The notes below the pieces were generated by a model that saw nothing but the letters and a program-made list of their open reading frames with translations, made no database searches and was not told the DNA's origin. The translations under genes were made by a program, and so were the position numbers. DNA of 64,000 nt from Octopus bimaculoides (Eukaryota): contig NC_068984.1 in NCBI RefSeq assembly GCF_001194135.2, positions 33,439,284 to 33,503,283 on the forward strand, read 5' to 3'. Of the stretch, positions 11,048 to 25,598 are shown in pieces (position 1 is the stretch's first letter; each line of letters opens with the position of its first letter).

Positions 11048-13300
11048 GAGTGGCCCTTCTTAAACTTTTTATCATTCATGGTTCCATTTTTCACCATGAG
11101 ACTTTTCGCGACCCCATGTATTAAATATGGAATAAAGCATACAAATAAATTCATAAATCATTTATCTTTTGACTGAATAATATCGCTATAAAACATATTT
11201 ATATTATTTGTCAAAATAAGAGTAGTTTTGGATTTGTTTCAAGTACAAAAATTAAACCAAAGTAAATGCTTCAAGTACAAAAAATAACACACACGCCGAA
11301 AGAAAATAAATAAATAAAACAAAGTAAAAATCAATGTGACGGATGTGTTTGTTTTTTACTGTATAACAAATTAAACCTTGGTCTAATATTTGACATTGCT
11401 GGACGTAAAGCATCTTCTACGTTTTTCAGCGTTGACAGATATTTGATTTTGATAAGGGTTAAAGCTACTAAAAAAGTCGTTTCACATAGGTACGTGGTGC
11501 TAAATGAAACAGAAAAAAGAACATGTAATGCCATTTCAGAAATTGTGGGAAATTCAGCTTCAGCTCCGAACCAGAATTCAATGAAAGACCTTTTTGTAAA
11601 TTCAAGTTTCAAGTTTGAGTCACTCGATAGCTCAACGAATTCCTCTTGTGCTTTATACGGCAGATGGTTATTATCATCAATGTGTTTCTAGTGTAGTTAA
11701 GTGGTCGATAATTATTGTTGCAATTAAACTTTTACAAATTATTCTTTTCAATTATAAAATCGTCGACAACCGGAAACATTTCAAGTGAATCATTTTTCAC
11801 TCTCTTCTTTCAAATGTTTTTTTTAATAAAATCTTCAATTTTATCCTTTGAATTAAATATATTGCTTTTCTTTCCTTGAAGAGACAAGTTGAGATCGTTT
11901 AGTTTCTCAAAAATATCTGACAAATACCATAAATTTTAAAGCCATAAGTCATTTTGAAAAAGAGCAGCACGATCAAATTTTTGTTCAGTTAAAAATATAC
12001 TAATTCCGTCTTTTACCAACAATAATCTGTTTAAACTTCGCCCTATTGACAGCCACCTTACTTCAGCGTGTAATAATAATTTTTTGCATTCCGAGTCAAT
12101 GTCTTTACAGAAATTTGAAAATAAATGCCTGTTAAGAGTTAGGCTTTTAATAAAGTTTATAATTTTGATATCCTGAGCTAATTTTGTTGTTGCAAGGGCC
12201 TCTCGATGGATCATACAGTGTGTAAAAGTTGCATGCTTTAACAAACGATCTAAAACAAATATTTTCGCCCATCATCTTTTTTGCACCATCTTTGCATACT
12301 CCAATACACTTTTTTCCATTCCAACCTATAGTTTTAAAAAGTTCAACTTTACTATATATGTCTGTCTCTCTTGTATGTTCTCCCAAAGGATGACAAACTA
12401 ACAATCATTCATTAGCGTTTTCTTTATAAATGTATCTGGTGTATGCAATTGAGCCATTTTAGAAATATCAGTTTTTTTTGTCCAACTGAACTGCACATTT
12501 CATGTTTTCTTTAAGTATCGTAATAAGTTGCTCAAATTGTTCATTGCTACTTTCATTAATTCTATTGGTGACAGTGTCGCTCGACAAAAGAATTTTCCGC
12601 ATTTCGACTCCATATTTACTTGTGAAGTATTTCTACCATCTTCATAGCAGCAGGTGAGGTAATAAAAGTTTTTCCCTAATGGTGTATGTTTTTTTTAAAT
12701 TTTTATCTTTAGCAGTTAGATATGGAACTTCATATAACGCTAATAAATATTCTTCTTTTAAAATCATAAATTTCTCAAAATTTTGTTTTTCTATATTTGA
12801 AGATATAGACAGTCATTCAAATTATGTCTTGGTTTATTGACATATGAAAGATATTTGGATTCAATATGCCTTTTTAATTTTGGGGGTTTCATACTCTCCA
12901 CTATCAATGCGTTATTGCAAATTAAACAAAGCGGTTGTTCCATACCATCGCTATTATTTAAAGTAAAGCCAAATTGGAGAAATGATTCATCGTATTTTCT
13001 TTTCCGCATCTCTCTGGTTACTAGGTCCTGCTTGAACAGACGTTGTAGCATTGTCATCTGCGTCATTATTTTTGTTACTCATGTTCAGTCATTTACCATT
13101 GAATAAAAATAGTTTTATTTTGAAATATAAATAAAATAACGTTTTGTAAAATAATTATTATGAAATTATTTAAATAAATAGTGACCTCAATCGAATAAGT
13201 CAAACATGTATTGTTATTAATACATTTATTAAGATGACCGCAATCAACCAACTATACTGAAAATGCGTTGTCGCTGCACTAGCCGCAATGGTGAAGCACG
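11048..13300 (-). mobile_element. Decayed hAT transposon, Buster/Charlie (ZBED8/SCAND3-like) transposase
   Basis: RKRKYDESFLQFGF..PLCLICN..ESMKPPKLKRH (12791-13066); THCMIHREALA and LLHAEVRWLSIGRSL (11936-12244); FW..EFPTISEMAL..FSTTYLCETTF hATC dimerisation region ending HPSH (11331-11612). Many stops and frameshifts; termini approximate. Confidence 0.92.
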
Positions 13301-13429
13301 CGCCTTTTATTACTGCAGCGCTTGGGTGGTGCATCATGTTAACATTTGTGGATTTGTGAAATAAAAAATAAACTGAAAATCAAGTGTTTGAAATTAATTT
13401 TCGTGATCTCAGAATTTCGTTTCACGACT

Positions 13430-14150
13430 CCAAATGGAGTGGAGGCCCATAGTATAAAAAGCGCTGGTGTATACAAAAAAGACTTAGAGGCGGAAAGAAT
13501 ACTAAATCAGAAACAGCAAGGAAGGCGAAAAGATGTACGGTCAGCTTGCAAGAGATACGAACACTAAGACAAATACAGAAGACTGGTAGCTATGAAAGAA
13601 GAGGATTGACCTGAAGATAGAGACAGAAGCACTTATATGTGCAGCACAAGAACAAGCACTAAGTACTAACTATGCGAATTGCAGAATCGACAACACTACC
13701 GAGTAGGAAAAATGTAGAATGTGCTGTAAGACGGGTGGAATGATATAGCACATTGTTAGCGAATTCTCGGAATTGGCACAACACGATTGCTCATGATGAT
13801 ATCACAATGAGGTAAGAATGATCCATTGGGAGCTCTGTGGAAATCACGGCCTACAAATAGCAAAGATATGGTAGGAACAAACCACAGAAGGAGTCACTGA
13901 GAAAGAAGATTGCAAGATCATGTGGGATGCAGTTATTCAGTGTGATCATTTGATCCGACATTGGAGGCTGAACATTGTTGTGATGAATAAAAATGAAAGA
14001 ACTGGCAAGATAATCGACATCTCATTTTCCAGTGACAACAGAATCAAAGGGAAAGAATGAATTCGCCAAGAAACACTCTCTTCCTGATGATCTATACAGC
14101 TTCCAAAAAGCTAGGCTATCTTACATCAGAGAAGACCTGGGTGGAAAGCA
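13430..14150 (+). mobile_element. R4/Dong-like RLE LINE 3' fragment (zinc knuckle and endonuclease)
   Basis: MYGQLARD..DLKIETEALICAAQEQALSTNY..EKCRMC..HIVSE..IHWELCG..KIMWDAVIQCDH..NIVV..KIIDIS. Confidence 0.88.
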
Positions 14151-14213
14151 CTCATCGTACAAAAATGTACATACATTTTATGACAAATCACCACACACAC
14201 ACACACACACACA

Positions 14214-14256
<43 letters not shown>

Positions 14257-14598
14257 CATAAACACGCACAAACACGTACACATGTACGAGTACACACATG
14301 GCACACACACAGTCTCTTAGAAATATATACATAAAAATAAAGACATACAAAACTCGCCACAAATCATACACATAGGTTAAATGTACTAAAGTAAATAAAA
14401 AATAATAAATAAATAAAATAAAGTGATAGTAATACGTTGAAATTAATAACACCCACACGTCTACAATTACAAGACGCACACACACCATACAATAGATATA
14501 ACATATAAACAAACAAATATCTGAAGTGGATATATATATTTATGTATATGCATATGTATATAAGTGTGTGTGTGTATATATATATATGTATGTATGTG

Positions 14599-14654
<56 letters not shown>

Positions 14655-15444
14655 AAAATGAGTCATCTCACTATTGCTTGTTGATCGTCTGGGCATGAAA
14701 CTCGAGTAGTAAGAAGTTTTAAAAAGATCAATATGTTCTACATATATTGAGCACACTTTCCTCATTTGTTCAACATAAATAACGTAAATACAAACACACA
14801 CATATACACACATATATTTACATATGCATATATCTATATACACGTGTGTATATATATATATATATATGAAAATATACATACGCACGTACACACACATACA
14901 CATGATTACTTGCGTACCTATACACATACACATGTACACACACGCATACAAACCGCACGCACACAATTATATCATATATTCAGTAAATTCGAAAACAGGA
15001 TAATAAAGTTTAAATTTAACTAAAGTATCGCAAACGACAGCTACAGAAAAAATACGAATCACAATATAAATATTAAAAGAATAAATTGAATATTTACTCG
15101 GACGTAAGCTTAATATCTTATTCTTAAAAATGCGGCATTTAAAATTCTCTTTTATTACATACGCTTTGTAGATTTTACAAAATGGAAACGAAGCGAAACA
15201 AAATGTATTAGGAATTATAATACTGTCATTCTAAATACAGCCTTTCCCAATCCTATTATTCCGTTTCATTTCCAATCTGTGTTAAACACGTTTTAAAATA
15301 TCTTTTGAGTATATGTAGTAAACGAGAATATACTGAATTGCTGTGTTTGCCAACCATCGAACTCAATTGTTCAGGTGAGAAAATTTAGTTATACCCAGGT
15401 ATCTGTATACAAAAGTTTTATCTCTACTTTGGCTTGTATATTAA

Positions 15445-15482
<38 letters not shown>

Positions 15483-15524
15483 GTTCAAAGCTGTGGCGAA
15501 GCTAGGGCAGTGTTATTATTGAGA

Positions 15525-16590
15525 GTCTCATCTGATATGTTTTAATGTCGCTACCCTCATTTGCACCGCCTGCCACGAGTTAGGTTCATCTGGGTCTCTC
15601 GACAGGAAGAGATCTAATTTTCTTTTGAAATCCCCTACATCCAATTTGTGTAGCACCCTCAGGATTTTTAGGAGAATATTAAAAAGCTTGAAACCCAGGA
15701 TGTTGCCGTAACCTGTCCTGAAACGTGACGGTGTTGTTGGAATCTTTAACAATGTGCTGTGACGACTCGTAGTAGCATTTTTGTACCTTTCAATACTAAA
15801 TTTTGGCACAATGCCTTCCCGGATCTTCCAGATTTATATTACTGCATATCTCTCCCGCCTTCTCCCCACAGAGTAGAGTCTTATTTGCTTCAGCCTTTCC
15901 CAACAGCGGAGTTACTGCAGTGATACGATCTTCTTTGTGAAGCTTCACTGGATTGCTTCAAGGTCCGCTGTTAAATTTACACAGTGGGGTGATCATAGTT
16001 TGGAACAGTAGTCATGGCGGCTGAGGACGAATGTCCTCCAGAGGACCATCATGATTTCCTTCTCTCTGGCCCTGTGGGTTCTCAGGATCCATCCAGCTAG
16101 CCGTTTGGACTTTCTCACCATCTTGGTAATGTGCTCTTGGAATAAGATATGACTCATGTCGATACCCAAGTCCCGCACTGATTTATGTTCTGGGATCGGA
16201 AACCCCACTGGGCCAGTGTAGTCTGTAAGTTAATCCTTCAGGTTTGGATGCTGGTAGCGCAGAGTTTGGAATTGTCCAGCATTAAACTGCACAATATTGT
16301 CCTCAGACCATCTGTAAACTGCGTCCAACTCCTCCTGTGGCCATGAAACATCGCTAGCCAGTGTGGCTATCCAGGCAACTTTAGGCATATCTGAGAGGGC
16401 CACTATGAAAAGCAGTGGCCCCAAGAACATCGCTCACTACTTTTGTTTTCTTTCAGGTGGCTCCATTGCTCCCACTGTTTCACGTCTATCTTTCAGAAAG
16501 TCATATAACCACTATCCAAGTTTTACAGCTATGCCAATATAACGCACTTTGTGGCATATCATAACATGATCAATTTTACCAAATCGTTTA
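15525..16590 (-). mobile_element. CR1/L2/Jockey-group LINE RT 3' fragment
   Basis: KIDHVMICHK..WLYDFLKDR, LGPLLFIVALSDMP, VRDLGIDMS, WILRT..FVLSRHDYCS, KLFNIL..FKRKLDLFLS..PDEP. Multiple frameshifts. Confidence 0.88.
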
Positions 16591-17431
16591 CAGTCGATGT
16601 ATATATATTACGTCCACATCTGAGTGTGGAACTATATGCTATATTGTGTCACACTTCTTAATATGTTACAGTCATATCCATGTACAATATTGTATCACTG
16701 CAATATAGGAGATAATAAAAATGCGAAGCAAAATACATTAGAAACAAGAACAGAAAATTATTAAAATCGATATTTCAACTACTCATTTCAGTAGCAGGTC
16801 TTTTGGTAAATCTTGAGTAAAACTACTGCAACGGTAACTTTTATACTCAGTCATACATTAGCAGAGTTATCATCAAACTGGATAAAAATGCCAAAAGTTC
16901 AAACTATGCCGTTTAAAGCACCTTCACTGTATTCGGCTCCCTGATGTCATCAACAGTATAGATGCAAATGACACTGGATTTACATTACATAATTTACGTC
17001 ATGTCCGTAAAGTTTACAAAGCAAAAAAAAGGATGAAAATGTAATTCACGAGACTATTTAATATTCACTACGATCGTTTCGACCCATCGTTTACTGGTTC
17101 CTCACGGGTGAGATGTTGTACAACTGGATGTGGAACTGGATGTACAACTGGATCTTAATTTGAGATATGTCTCGTCAGTTGAGTGTCTAAAGATACATCG
17201 TCATTTAATCTCCGTTACGCTTATTTCGATTAGAATTGATTTAGATAGTTGACTTCTTGTCGACACGAGAAACTGGTGAATAATCCAGATTTTTGCAAAT
17301 TCCATTTCTGTCACTCATTATCACATATTATATATNNNNNNNNNNNNNNNNNNNNNNNNNNNNNNNNNNNNNNNNNNNNNNNNNNNNNNNNNNNNNNNNN
17401 NNNNNNNNNNNNNNNNNNNNNNNNNNNNNNN

Positions 17432-17468
<37 letters not shown>

Positions 17469-17525
17469 ATATATATACAGAGGGGAGGAGATATATACAT
17501 AACCACATACACACTGACATGCACG

Positions 17526-17560
<35 letters not shown>

Positions 17561-18190
17561 ATATAAGCACACATGTATACAAATGAGCGTTTATATGTAT
17601 ATGTGTATGTAAAAACATATCTATGCATGTATATGCTTGTGAGTGTATTGTGCGTATGAATCTAACCTATCCAAGACGATAATTCTTTGATTGTTATGCT
17701 AGCATTCATTGTATGTAAATTACGTGCTAGAGTTTGCTTAAAGCAACATTTCTATTGGTCTTCATTACTTACTATTTCACAGTCCAAGATTCCAATCTAC
17801 TTTCAGACCCATGTCTTGTCTGTAATTAGTATTTCAATGTAATATTAACACTTGCTGATTTGAAGTTACTATTCTGATGGCAGGTGGTATCAAATACGAT
17901 GAAATATTATCCATCATTCTTGGTCCTTCAGAGCTTAAAATTAATATTCACCATACATAAAATGAAGAATCGGTATGAGGATATTCTGAGCATAAATTTC
18001 CAAAAGGCTTAAGTGAAGATGGATAGAATTTCTCAACAATACACCAATATTTCTCGTTCATACTTATCTATTATTGTCCTTGCTTTGCCTCTGTAAACTA
18101 ACACAGGCACAAACACACCCATACAAACACACACACACACACAAATCCACACACACACTCACATAAACGTGCGCACAAGCAAGGACAGAT

Positions 18191-18233
<43 letters not shown>

Positions 18234-18234
18234 C

Positions 18235-18284
<50 letters not shown>

Positions 18285-19617
18285 GATAAAAAAATAATTT
18301 CACTGAGGTGATTATCCCCACATAGTGAATTGTAATGTAAAATTTATAATAAAAGAAGGAAAATTCACACAGTTTATATGTTCCATATAAAAGGGAAATG
18401 TGAGAGTCAACCGGTTTCCCGTTTCACTAATCATGCCTTTGTAATTATTGCAGTTTCTTATTTTGTTAGGTCTTTAGTCCATAATCCTGTATGAGAGGTC
18501 AGAAAGGAATCAGCATGTAGCAAAATCTAGGGAGAGATAACTGATGATTGTTATTATTCGGGACAAATTTACATAAACTCATGAGTTAAAACGGTGAGAT
18601 AAAATATGTAGTGTTAGGTATGCGATCGTGAATTAAAACATTTACTGAAATTCTAATTGGTTATGCGTTCATATTAAGGTGCCTTATTATTTGTCGATAA
18701 CTATATATTCTGTGTTTAATCGTTCTTGCAGAGAAATTGTTTCCTTGCACCGGTAGTTGAGGAATACCCTGAAGTTTGGTTAGCGATACCCTGCACACAT
18801 CTCTATGTGTTCACGCAAATATAACTGCCTATATCTTGGGAAAGGAGCAGTGCCTTATGCAGTCTACTTCTTCGTCTAAGTGAGATACTTGTTTGGCCTG
18901 TATAGTTGCGTCAGCAACCTGAACAAGTTATAACATAAATTAAACTCTGGGATGCACGCGTGAAATATTGGTCTTAATTGTAAATCTCTCTTCTTGTTTG
19001 AAGTGCAATTCTGAACCTTCCGACTCACACACACACGCACACATATGCAGTTGTATATAATTCTTGTGGCTAACCGCTGGCGTTTACAATCACATTCTTT
19101 CAATTATAAGTCTTATGAATTTGTATGAGAGTATAATTTTGGATATGTGTATATAAACTCACATCGACACATTATGTATGTTGAAGTCCAATCCTGTCTC
19201 CATTTGTGATGCGTATAAAATCAGATTGTGGTTATATATAGGCATATTGTGTAGCTGTGTTTACATAGAGTTAAACATATATATGTATATGTATATACAC
19301 ACATACATATAACTATAGATATTCATATAGTCACACACATATACACACACACAAACACACAGACACAGACATATATGTAGGTAAATATATATATTTCTAA
19401 ATTTAAAGGAATTAACAAAATGATAGTGAATTAAATAACGTAAATAAATTTATCACAGCAATTAACAAAAAAGAAAATAGAATGATATTTAAACGACATC
19501 TTTAGAGTATTACATTAAAAAGTTACCCAGAAAATTTCAGATATAAAAAAATACACTATGCCGTAATATGAATATACGTGTGTGTGTTTCTGTGTGTGTG
19601 TGTGTGTGTGTGCGCGA

Positions 19618-19716
<99 letters not shown>

Positions 19717-22520
19717 GAGGGAGAGAGAGAGAAAGAGAGAGACAGACAGACAGAGGGAGATAACCAGACAAATTGATAGATAGATTGATATATATATGCG
19801 TATAAATATGTGCAAATATTTACATATATATATGTGTGTAATGTATATATATATATATATATATATACATGTGTGTGTATGCGCGTATGTACTGTGTGTG
19901 TGTGTGTGTATGACAATTATCTATAAATCACATAACAAAAATCAATCATAATTTAAATACAAAGAATTGATAAAAAAAAACTATCAAAATTGTCTATGCA
20001 ACGTTACACAAAGAATTGCAATGATTGTTTGATTGTTAAATAAACCAATGTCACACAGTGTTTCAAAAAATACTATGAAATGTTTTTTCTTCATACTGTG
20101 AAAAGTCAAGAAAATATAGAACAGTCAAATCAAAATAATATATTATAACATAATGTCAAAGTTTAGGAAAAAATGCTAGATAAGTTAATTTAAGCAACGC
20201 ACACATATAATACACACAACCTCACACACACGCACACACCCCACACACATACACTTACAGAAATCAATTGAAAATAACTATGCAGGCACATATGTACCTA
20301 AATATATACATTTATACTTGCATACATAAATACATATATACAATCATACAGATGTTCTGCATGAGACCACACACACAAATACACATAAACATACACACAA
20401 ACACACCCTCACGTCACACATTTACACACAGAGCCACTCTTACACACAGAACCATTAAACTATAATTTATATGTGAAAGGGTTCAGCAAAAGAATTAAGT
20501 TCAAAGACAGGACAATAGTCGTATATATACTCACCTACAATATATACGAAGTAACCATTCGTAAATATAGAGACACGCTAGTACAAAGTATGAACGAAAA
20601 TTCACAAGTAAGACGCATAACGAAATCAATAGACTCTCACACCCAAAGACACGTATATATATATATATATATATNNNNNNNNNNNNNNNNNNNNNNNNNN
20701 NNNNNNNNNNNNNNNNNNNNNNNNNNNNNNNNNNNNNNNNNNNNNNNNNNNNNNNNNNNNNNNNNNNNNNNNNNNNNNNNNNNNNNNNNNNNNNNNNNNN
20801 NNNNNNNNNNNNNNNNNNNNNNNNNNNNNNNNNNNNNNNNNNNNNNNNNNNNNNNNNNNNNNNNNNNNNNNNNNNNNNNNNNNNNNNNNAATGCATTAGG
20901 TTATAGCAGTACGTTCGTACGTTTCGTACAAACTTTATTTATTTATGTAGTAAGAACACCACATATGATGTGTAATGAAAATGTACTCCTCAGTTGCATA
21001 ATGGAATTTCATTTCAGAAAGTAATTTTGTAGATGTGTGCAAATACAAGAGTAGGAGATGAAGAAAAATACCATCTTGACTGGGCTGTTAATCAGCAGCC
21101 TAGTGAATCAAACATGAATTTAATTTCTATATATTCTAATTGGAGGGGTAAGTTAGCAGTAATTTCAATTCAAAGGAAGGTAGATTATGTAGTAAGGGAC
21201 AGCAGGTAAGTGGTAAATCAAGCAAGAGAAAAAAGAAATAAGAAAAAAGGAAAAGAAAAATATATATATATAGAAATAAAAAGAAAAATGGAAAGGCAAT
21301 ACCCTAAAGAATGGAATACATTTTAACCTTTCCCAACCCACTGATAATATTCCTACATTTCTCTAGCTAATTCTAAGTCTCTTCTACCATATTATCAATT
21401 CTGAAACCATAGCTTTAATACTCTTACTTTAGTCTTCTTCTCCCCCCCCCCCTTTCACTTTGATTTGTTTTGGCCATTGATATCTTCTCTTATTATGTTT
21501 TTTTTCTTATAAATAATATCTCTCTTATACTGCCCTACATACTGGATAATGTACACTTGAATATAAGGCGCAGGATGCTCACAGCTAAAACGTGTTTTCC
21601 TCATGGATCTCTTCTAGGTGGGTAACGGCAAACACGATTATATCTAAATCAGAACAATCCACCAAATCACTCTCAAATCATATCTAATCTTTTACATTAC
21701 AGAGAAATTGGACAGTGTGCTATGGTCTATGTGTGTGTGCGTGTGTGTGTATGTGTATGGGTGCGTGTGTTTGTGCATGTGTTTTGTGTGTGTGTGCGTG
21801 TGTGTGTGTGTGTGTGGGTATGTCTGTCTGTCTGTCTGTATACAGGATTGACAAAGCGAAACGAATGATACTTAAAATAGTGTTAATGTTTCCATAGGTT
21901 ATAATGAACGAAGAATCGTTGGAATGGATATCATTGGAACCTTTATTTTGTCTGATATTTTCACTCTTCTATCTGGAGAGCTATCTATACTTTTCAGTAA
22001 GCAATCATAACAATAGAACGAAATCGAAAACATTATCTATATTATTATTGCGTTACAGTATCACTGCTTGATACAGCTATAGCAAATCTTCACAAGATGA
22101 TATGAAAACAAAACTTATTACATCGTTATTTTCATATCAGAGAAAAGTTCACTTGGCCAGATCGGAAATGCTAGGCTCGTTCCTTAGCACAATGTTGTCA
22201 CCATAGTTAATATTAGCGTTTTTATGCTAATTATCCCTGATCAAACTTGCAACTGGTTAAAATTAAAATCGTATATAAACATATATTTCTACGTGTGTGG
22301 ATGTTTCTGGTTTTCCGTTTGTGTAATGAGTGTATGTATCACTCTGTCTCTCTCTCCATATATATATATATATGTATTGATACTGATATCTATATATGCA
22401 ATTTTATAGGTTGTATATGTGTGTGTTTGTATAGATTTTATATATATATACACACATAGAATATACACGCACACACATATGTATATTAAGTGAAATAAGT
22501 GAGCAACAAAAAGTGGTATA

Positions 22521-23392
22521 CGAGGCACTATCATAAAGACTACTTATGTCTAATAAAATATAAATTATTTACCTAGGTTTTAATATCATCTTCGTATTGC
22601 GCAATAGTACACCAGTCCCAGCATCCCGGCCAGTTTTGGAATCCGGCCTGGAAGTCGTTGTCCGTAAGCGAGTCGTAGGGCCTTTTGCGATTCGCACTTA
22701 TCTCGACAAAGGTGTTAAAACGGCAACTTTTGAGTTGCATCTTCATCTTGGGGAAGAAGTGGATATCCGCATGCGCTAAATCTTCTAAATTGGGTGGGTC
22801 CAGAAGCGATACCACGTGGTTTTGTTGAGAAACTCACGACTGGGCAGAGCTCGGTGACTGGGTGCATTGTAATCGTAAAAGATCCAATTCTTTGTGCTCC
22901 ACACATCCGGTTGCTTTCTCTGAATGTCTTACTTCAAACGCTTCAACACGTCGCAGTAAAACTCTCAATTGACGGTCAGACCCCGGCGGACAAATGTTCG
23001 ATGCACAATACCGCAAATATCGAAACAAATCGATGAGTATGGTCTTGATCGAGCTGCGGCTCTGTCTTGTGCCTGTGCTACTCAAAACATTGTGTGCGAC
23101 CCATTGCCTCATTGATGTAAGCTTTTCGATGCATGTTCAATGCCTCTACCCAAGTTTTAACGCAAAATTTCACATTGGGTCTTTGTTAAAACTTTCTATT
23201 CATCACAAAAATCGTAGATGCAGCATACACATAATCACAAGAACACAAATTTCACAACTTGCGGTATAAGCACAACGATGTCACTCAGCATACTGCTTCA
23301 TGAAGATCTTTGTTAGGTCTCATTGCGCCTGCAACAGTGTGCTGGCATCTACTGGTACAAAGATAGTCCAGGAGAGTTTTGATAATACCGCA
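22521..23392 (-). mobile_element. Internally deleted mariner element
   Basis: TA+cgaggcactatcataaag left end with a degenerate inverted copy near 23370-23392. Fragments QRPNVKFCVK..EAMGRTQCFE, LHDYNAPSHRAL, DPPNLEDLAHADIHFFPKMKMQLK..DFQAGFQNW. Confidence 0.88.
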
Positions 23393-23430
23393 TATATTTA
23401 GTAAGTCAACATATTGAAGTATTATTTAAT

Positions 23431-23642
23431 CCTTTCTATTATAGACCCATCACCTCAAATTTGGGGGAGCGGATAGTAGATTACATCGACCCCAGTACTC
23501 AACTGCTACTTCATTTATCGACCCCGAAAGGATGAAATGTAAAGTCGACCTCGGTGCAATTTGAACTCAGAACATAGCGACGGGCGAAATACCGCTAAGC
23601 ATTTCGTCTTGCGTGCTAACAATTCTGCCAGATTGCCGCCTT
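23431..23642 (-). mobile_element. Well-preserved family B SINE
   Basis: Minus head GGCGGCAATCTGGCAGAATTGTTAGCACGC (A box-like) and GAGTTCAAATTGC (B box-like); body ttatcgaccccgaaaggatgaaa. Confidence 0.85.
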
Positions 23643-23845
23643 ATCGAAGTACTATTCAGTAGCGTATGTATATATACATATGTTATGTCGCTGAACCTTC
23701 TGGAAATATCCAATGTTTATGCCGAAATTAATTACTACCGTTTTTAGATTGGAAGGACAAATTGTGCAATGTATTTTTATTAACCTAAACACAGTTTGAG
23801 TTTAAAATTAACTAAGCAGTTTTAGAGCAAGTCACTAATACGGAA

Positions 23846-24064
23846 CATTGGTTTCAAATTTTGGCACAGGTCTAATAATTTCATGAGTGTGTGTAATTGG
23901 AAACATCGTCCTCAGTGCTCAACTGGTACATATTTTATCGACCTCCGAAAGGTTGAAGAGGAAATGTCGAATATGGTAAAATTTGATGTCAAATTGTAAA
24001 AACGACCGAAACGCTGCAAAAAAATTTATCCGGCCAATTAAAGTGATCGGCAGCTCACCGACCT
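23846..24064 (-). mobile_element. Diverged family B SINE
   Basis: ctcagtgctcaactggtacatattttatcgacctccgaaaggttgaa...cagctcaccgacct. Confidence 0.7.
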
Positions 24065-24340
24065 GAACTAATACGAAATATTATAAATTTATATAGTCTA
24101 CATTGCTTAAAACCTGTAGAGTTAAATGTATATGTTTTTGTAGCTAGACGTAAACAAGGTACAAAACACTAATGTTTCTGCACAAATAACACGCTCATCT
24201 TGCCATATATATNNNNNNNNNNNNNNNNNNNNNNNNNNNNNNNNNNNNNNNNNNNNNNNNNNNNNNNNNNNNNNNNNNNNNNNNNNNNNNNNNNNNNNNN
24301 NNNNNNNNNNNNNNNNNNNNNNNNNNNNNNNNNNNNNNNN

Positions 24341-24393
<53 letters not shown>

Positions 24394-25149
24394 GAAAGAG
24401 TAAAAGAGACAAGCCCAAAAAAGATAAGAATGAAAGCGAAATATTGGATATAGTCATTCAAATATTACAGAAATAAAATAAGGTTATATCTTTTTATTCC
24501 GTTGAGTTAATAGATATAGTTAACTTTTCAATAGATAGAAATTATATTTATCCCCGGGAAGAATTCAAGAATATAAAAATCAATGAAAGCAATGAGATAA
24601 GGTGTGTGTATATAGATACAAAACTTATTCATCTCCTTATAGTACGTCTATTATGGTAGAAAATTATTTGGTTTTCTTATAAACTGAAAACGGACGAAAG
24701 TTGCTTTAAGTGTAGAGAAAAATATTAACTGCATGGCAATATATGAACGCTTGGGAAATCTATTTAGATTTAGGTTCCAATATTCTTTCACTCCTGTATT
24801 CCAGAAGGAAGAGAAAGCGCTTTATATCGTTCATCTCACCAACATATTATCAATTTAGTTGCACCTGCAACAGCAAACAGATTAAAGATTAATTCTTTGG
24901 TGAATAATATTTAAACCAAAATCAAACTTTTCTACAAAATTATCTGAAGAATAAATGTCACTATCAGATATATAATTAATTATATTGTACACTCAGTGTA
25001 ATTTATCTTTTACTAAACTCAAGTTAAACAAATATAAACCGAAATATGTCTGTTGATTACATTTTGAAATGATATTAAAAGTGAATAAATATATAGATTA
25101 TTTAAAATTAAACTTTTTATATCTGTACGTGCCAATATATTTGTTCATT

Positions 25150-25195
<46 letters not shown>

Positions 25196-25212
25196 ACTCT
25201 CTCTCTCTCTCG

Positions 25213-25269
<57 letters not shown>

Positions 25270-25544
25270 TAAGCGCATGCACATATATGCGTGTGTTTAT
25301 ACATGTATATATGTGTGTATTTGTCTTTTCAAAAATATCATGTAAGTATATATATGCATTTATGATTATATGATTATATAACTATCTGTATACGTTAAGT
25401 GAAGAGAATACAAGAGAGAGGAATAGAGAACGTTTGTATAGAATATTTTGATATTTCCAGTAAATGAACGTTTCCATAAAGGTTGTGTGTGTGATTGTCT
25501 GAGTCTATGTGCACGTGCGTGAGTGCGTGTGTGTGTGGATGTGC

Positions 25545-25598
<54 letters not shown>

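Noticed and set aside
21560-21720. Possible additional short interspersed repeat beginning aggcgcagga
   Set aside because: Similarity to family A stops after about 10 nt; I could not support a family call.
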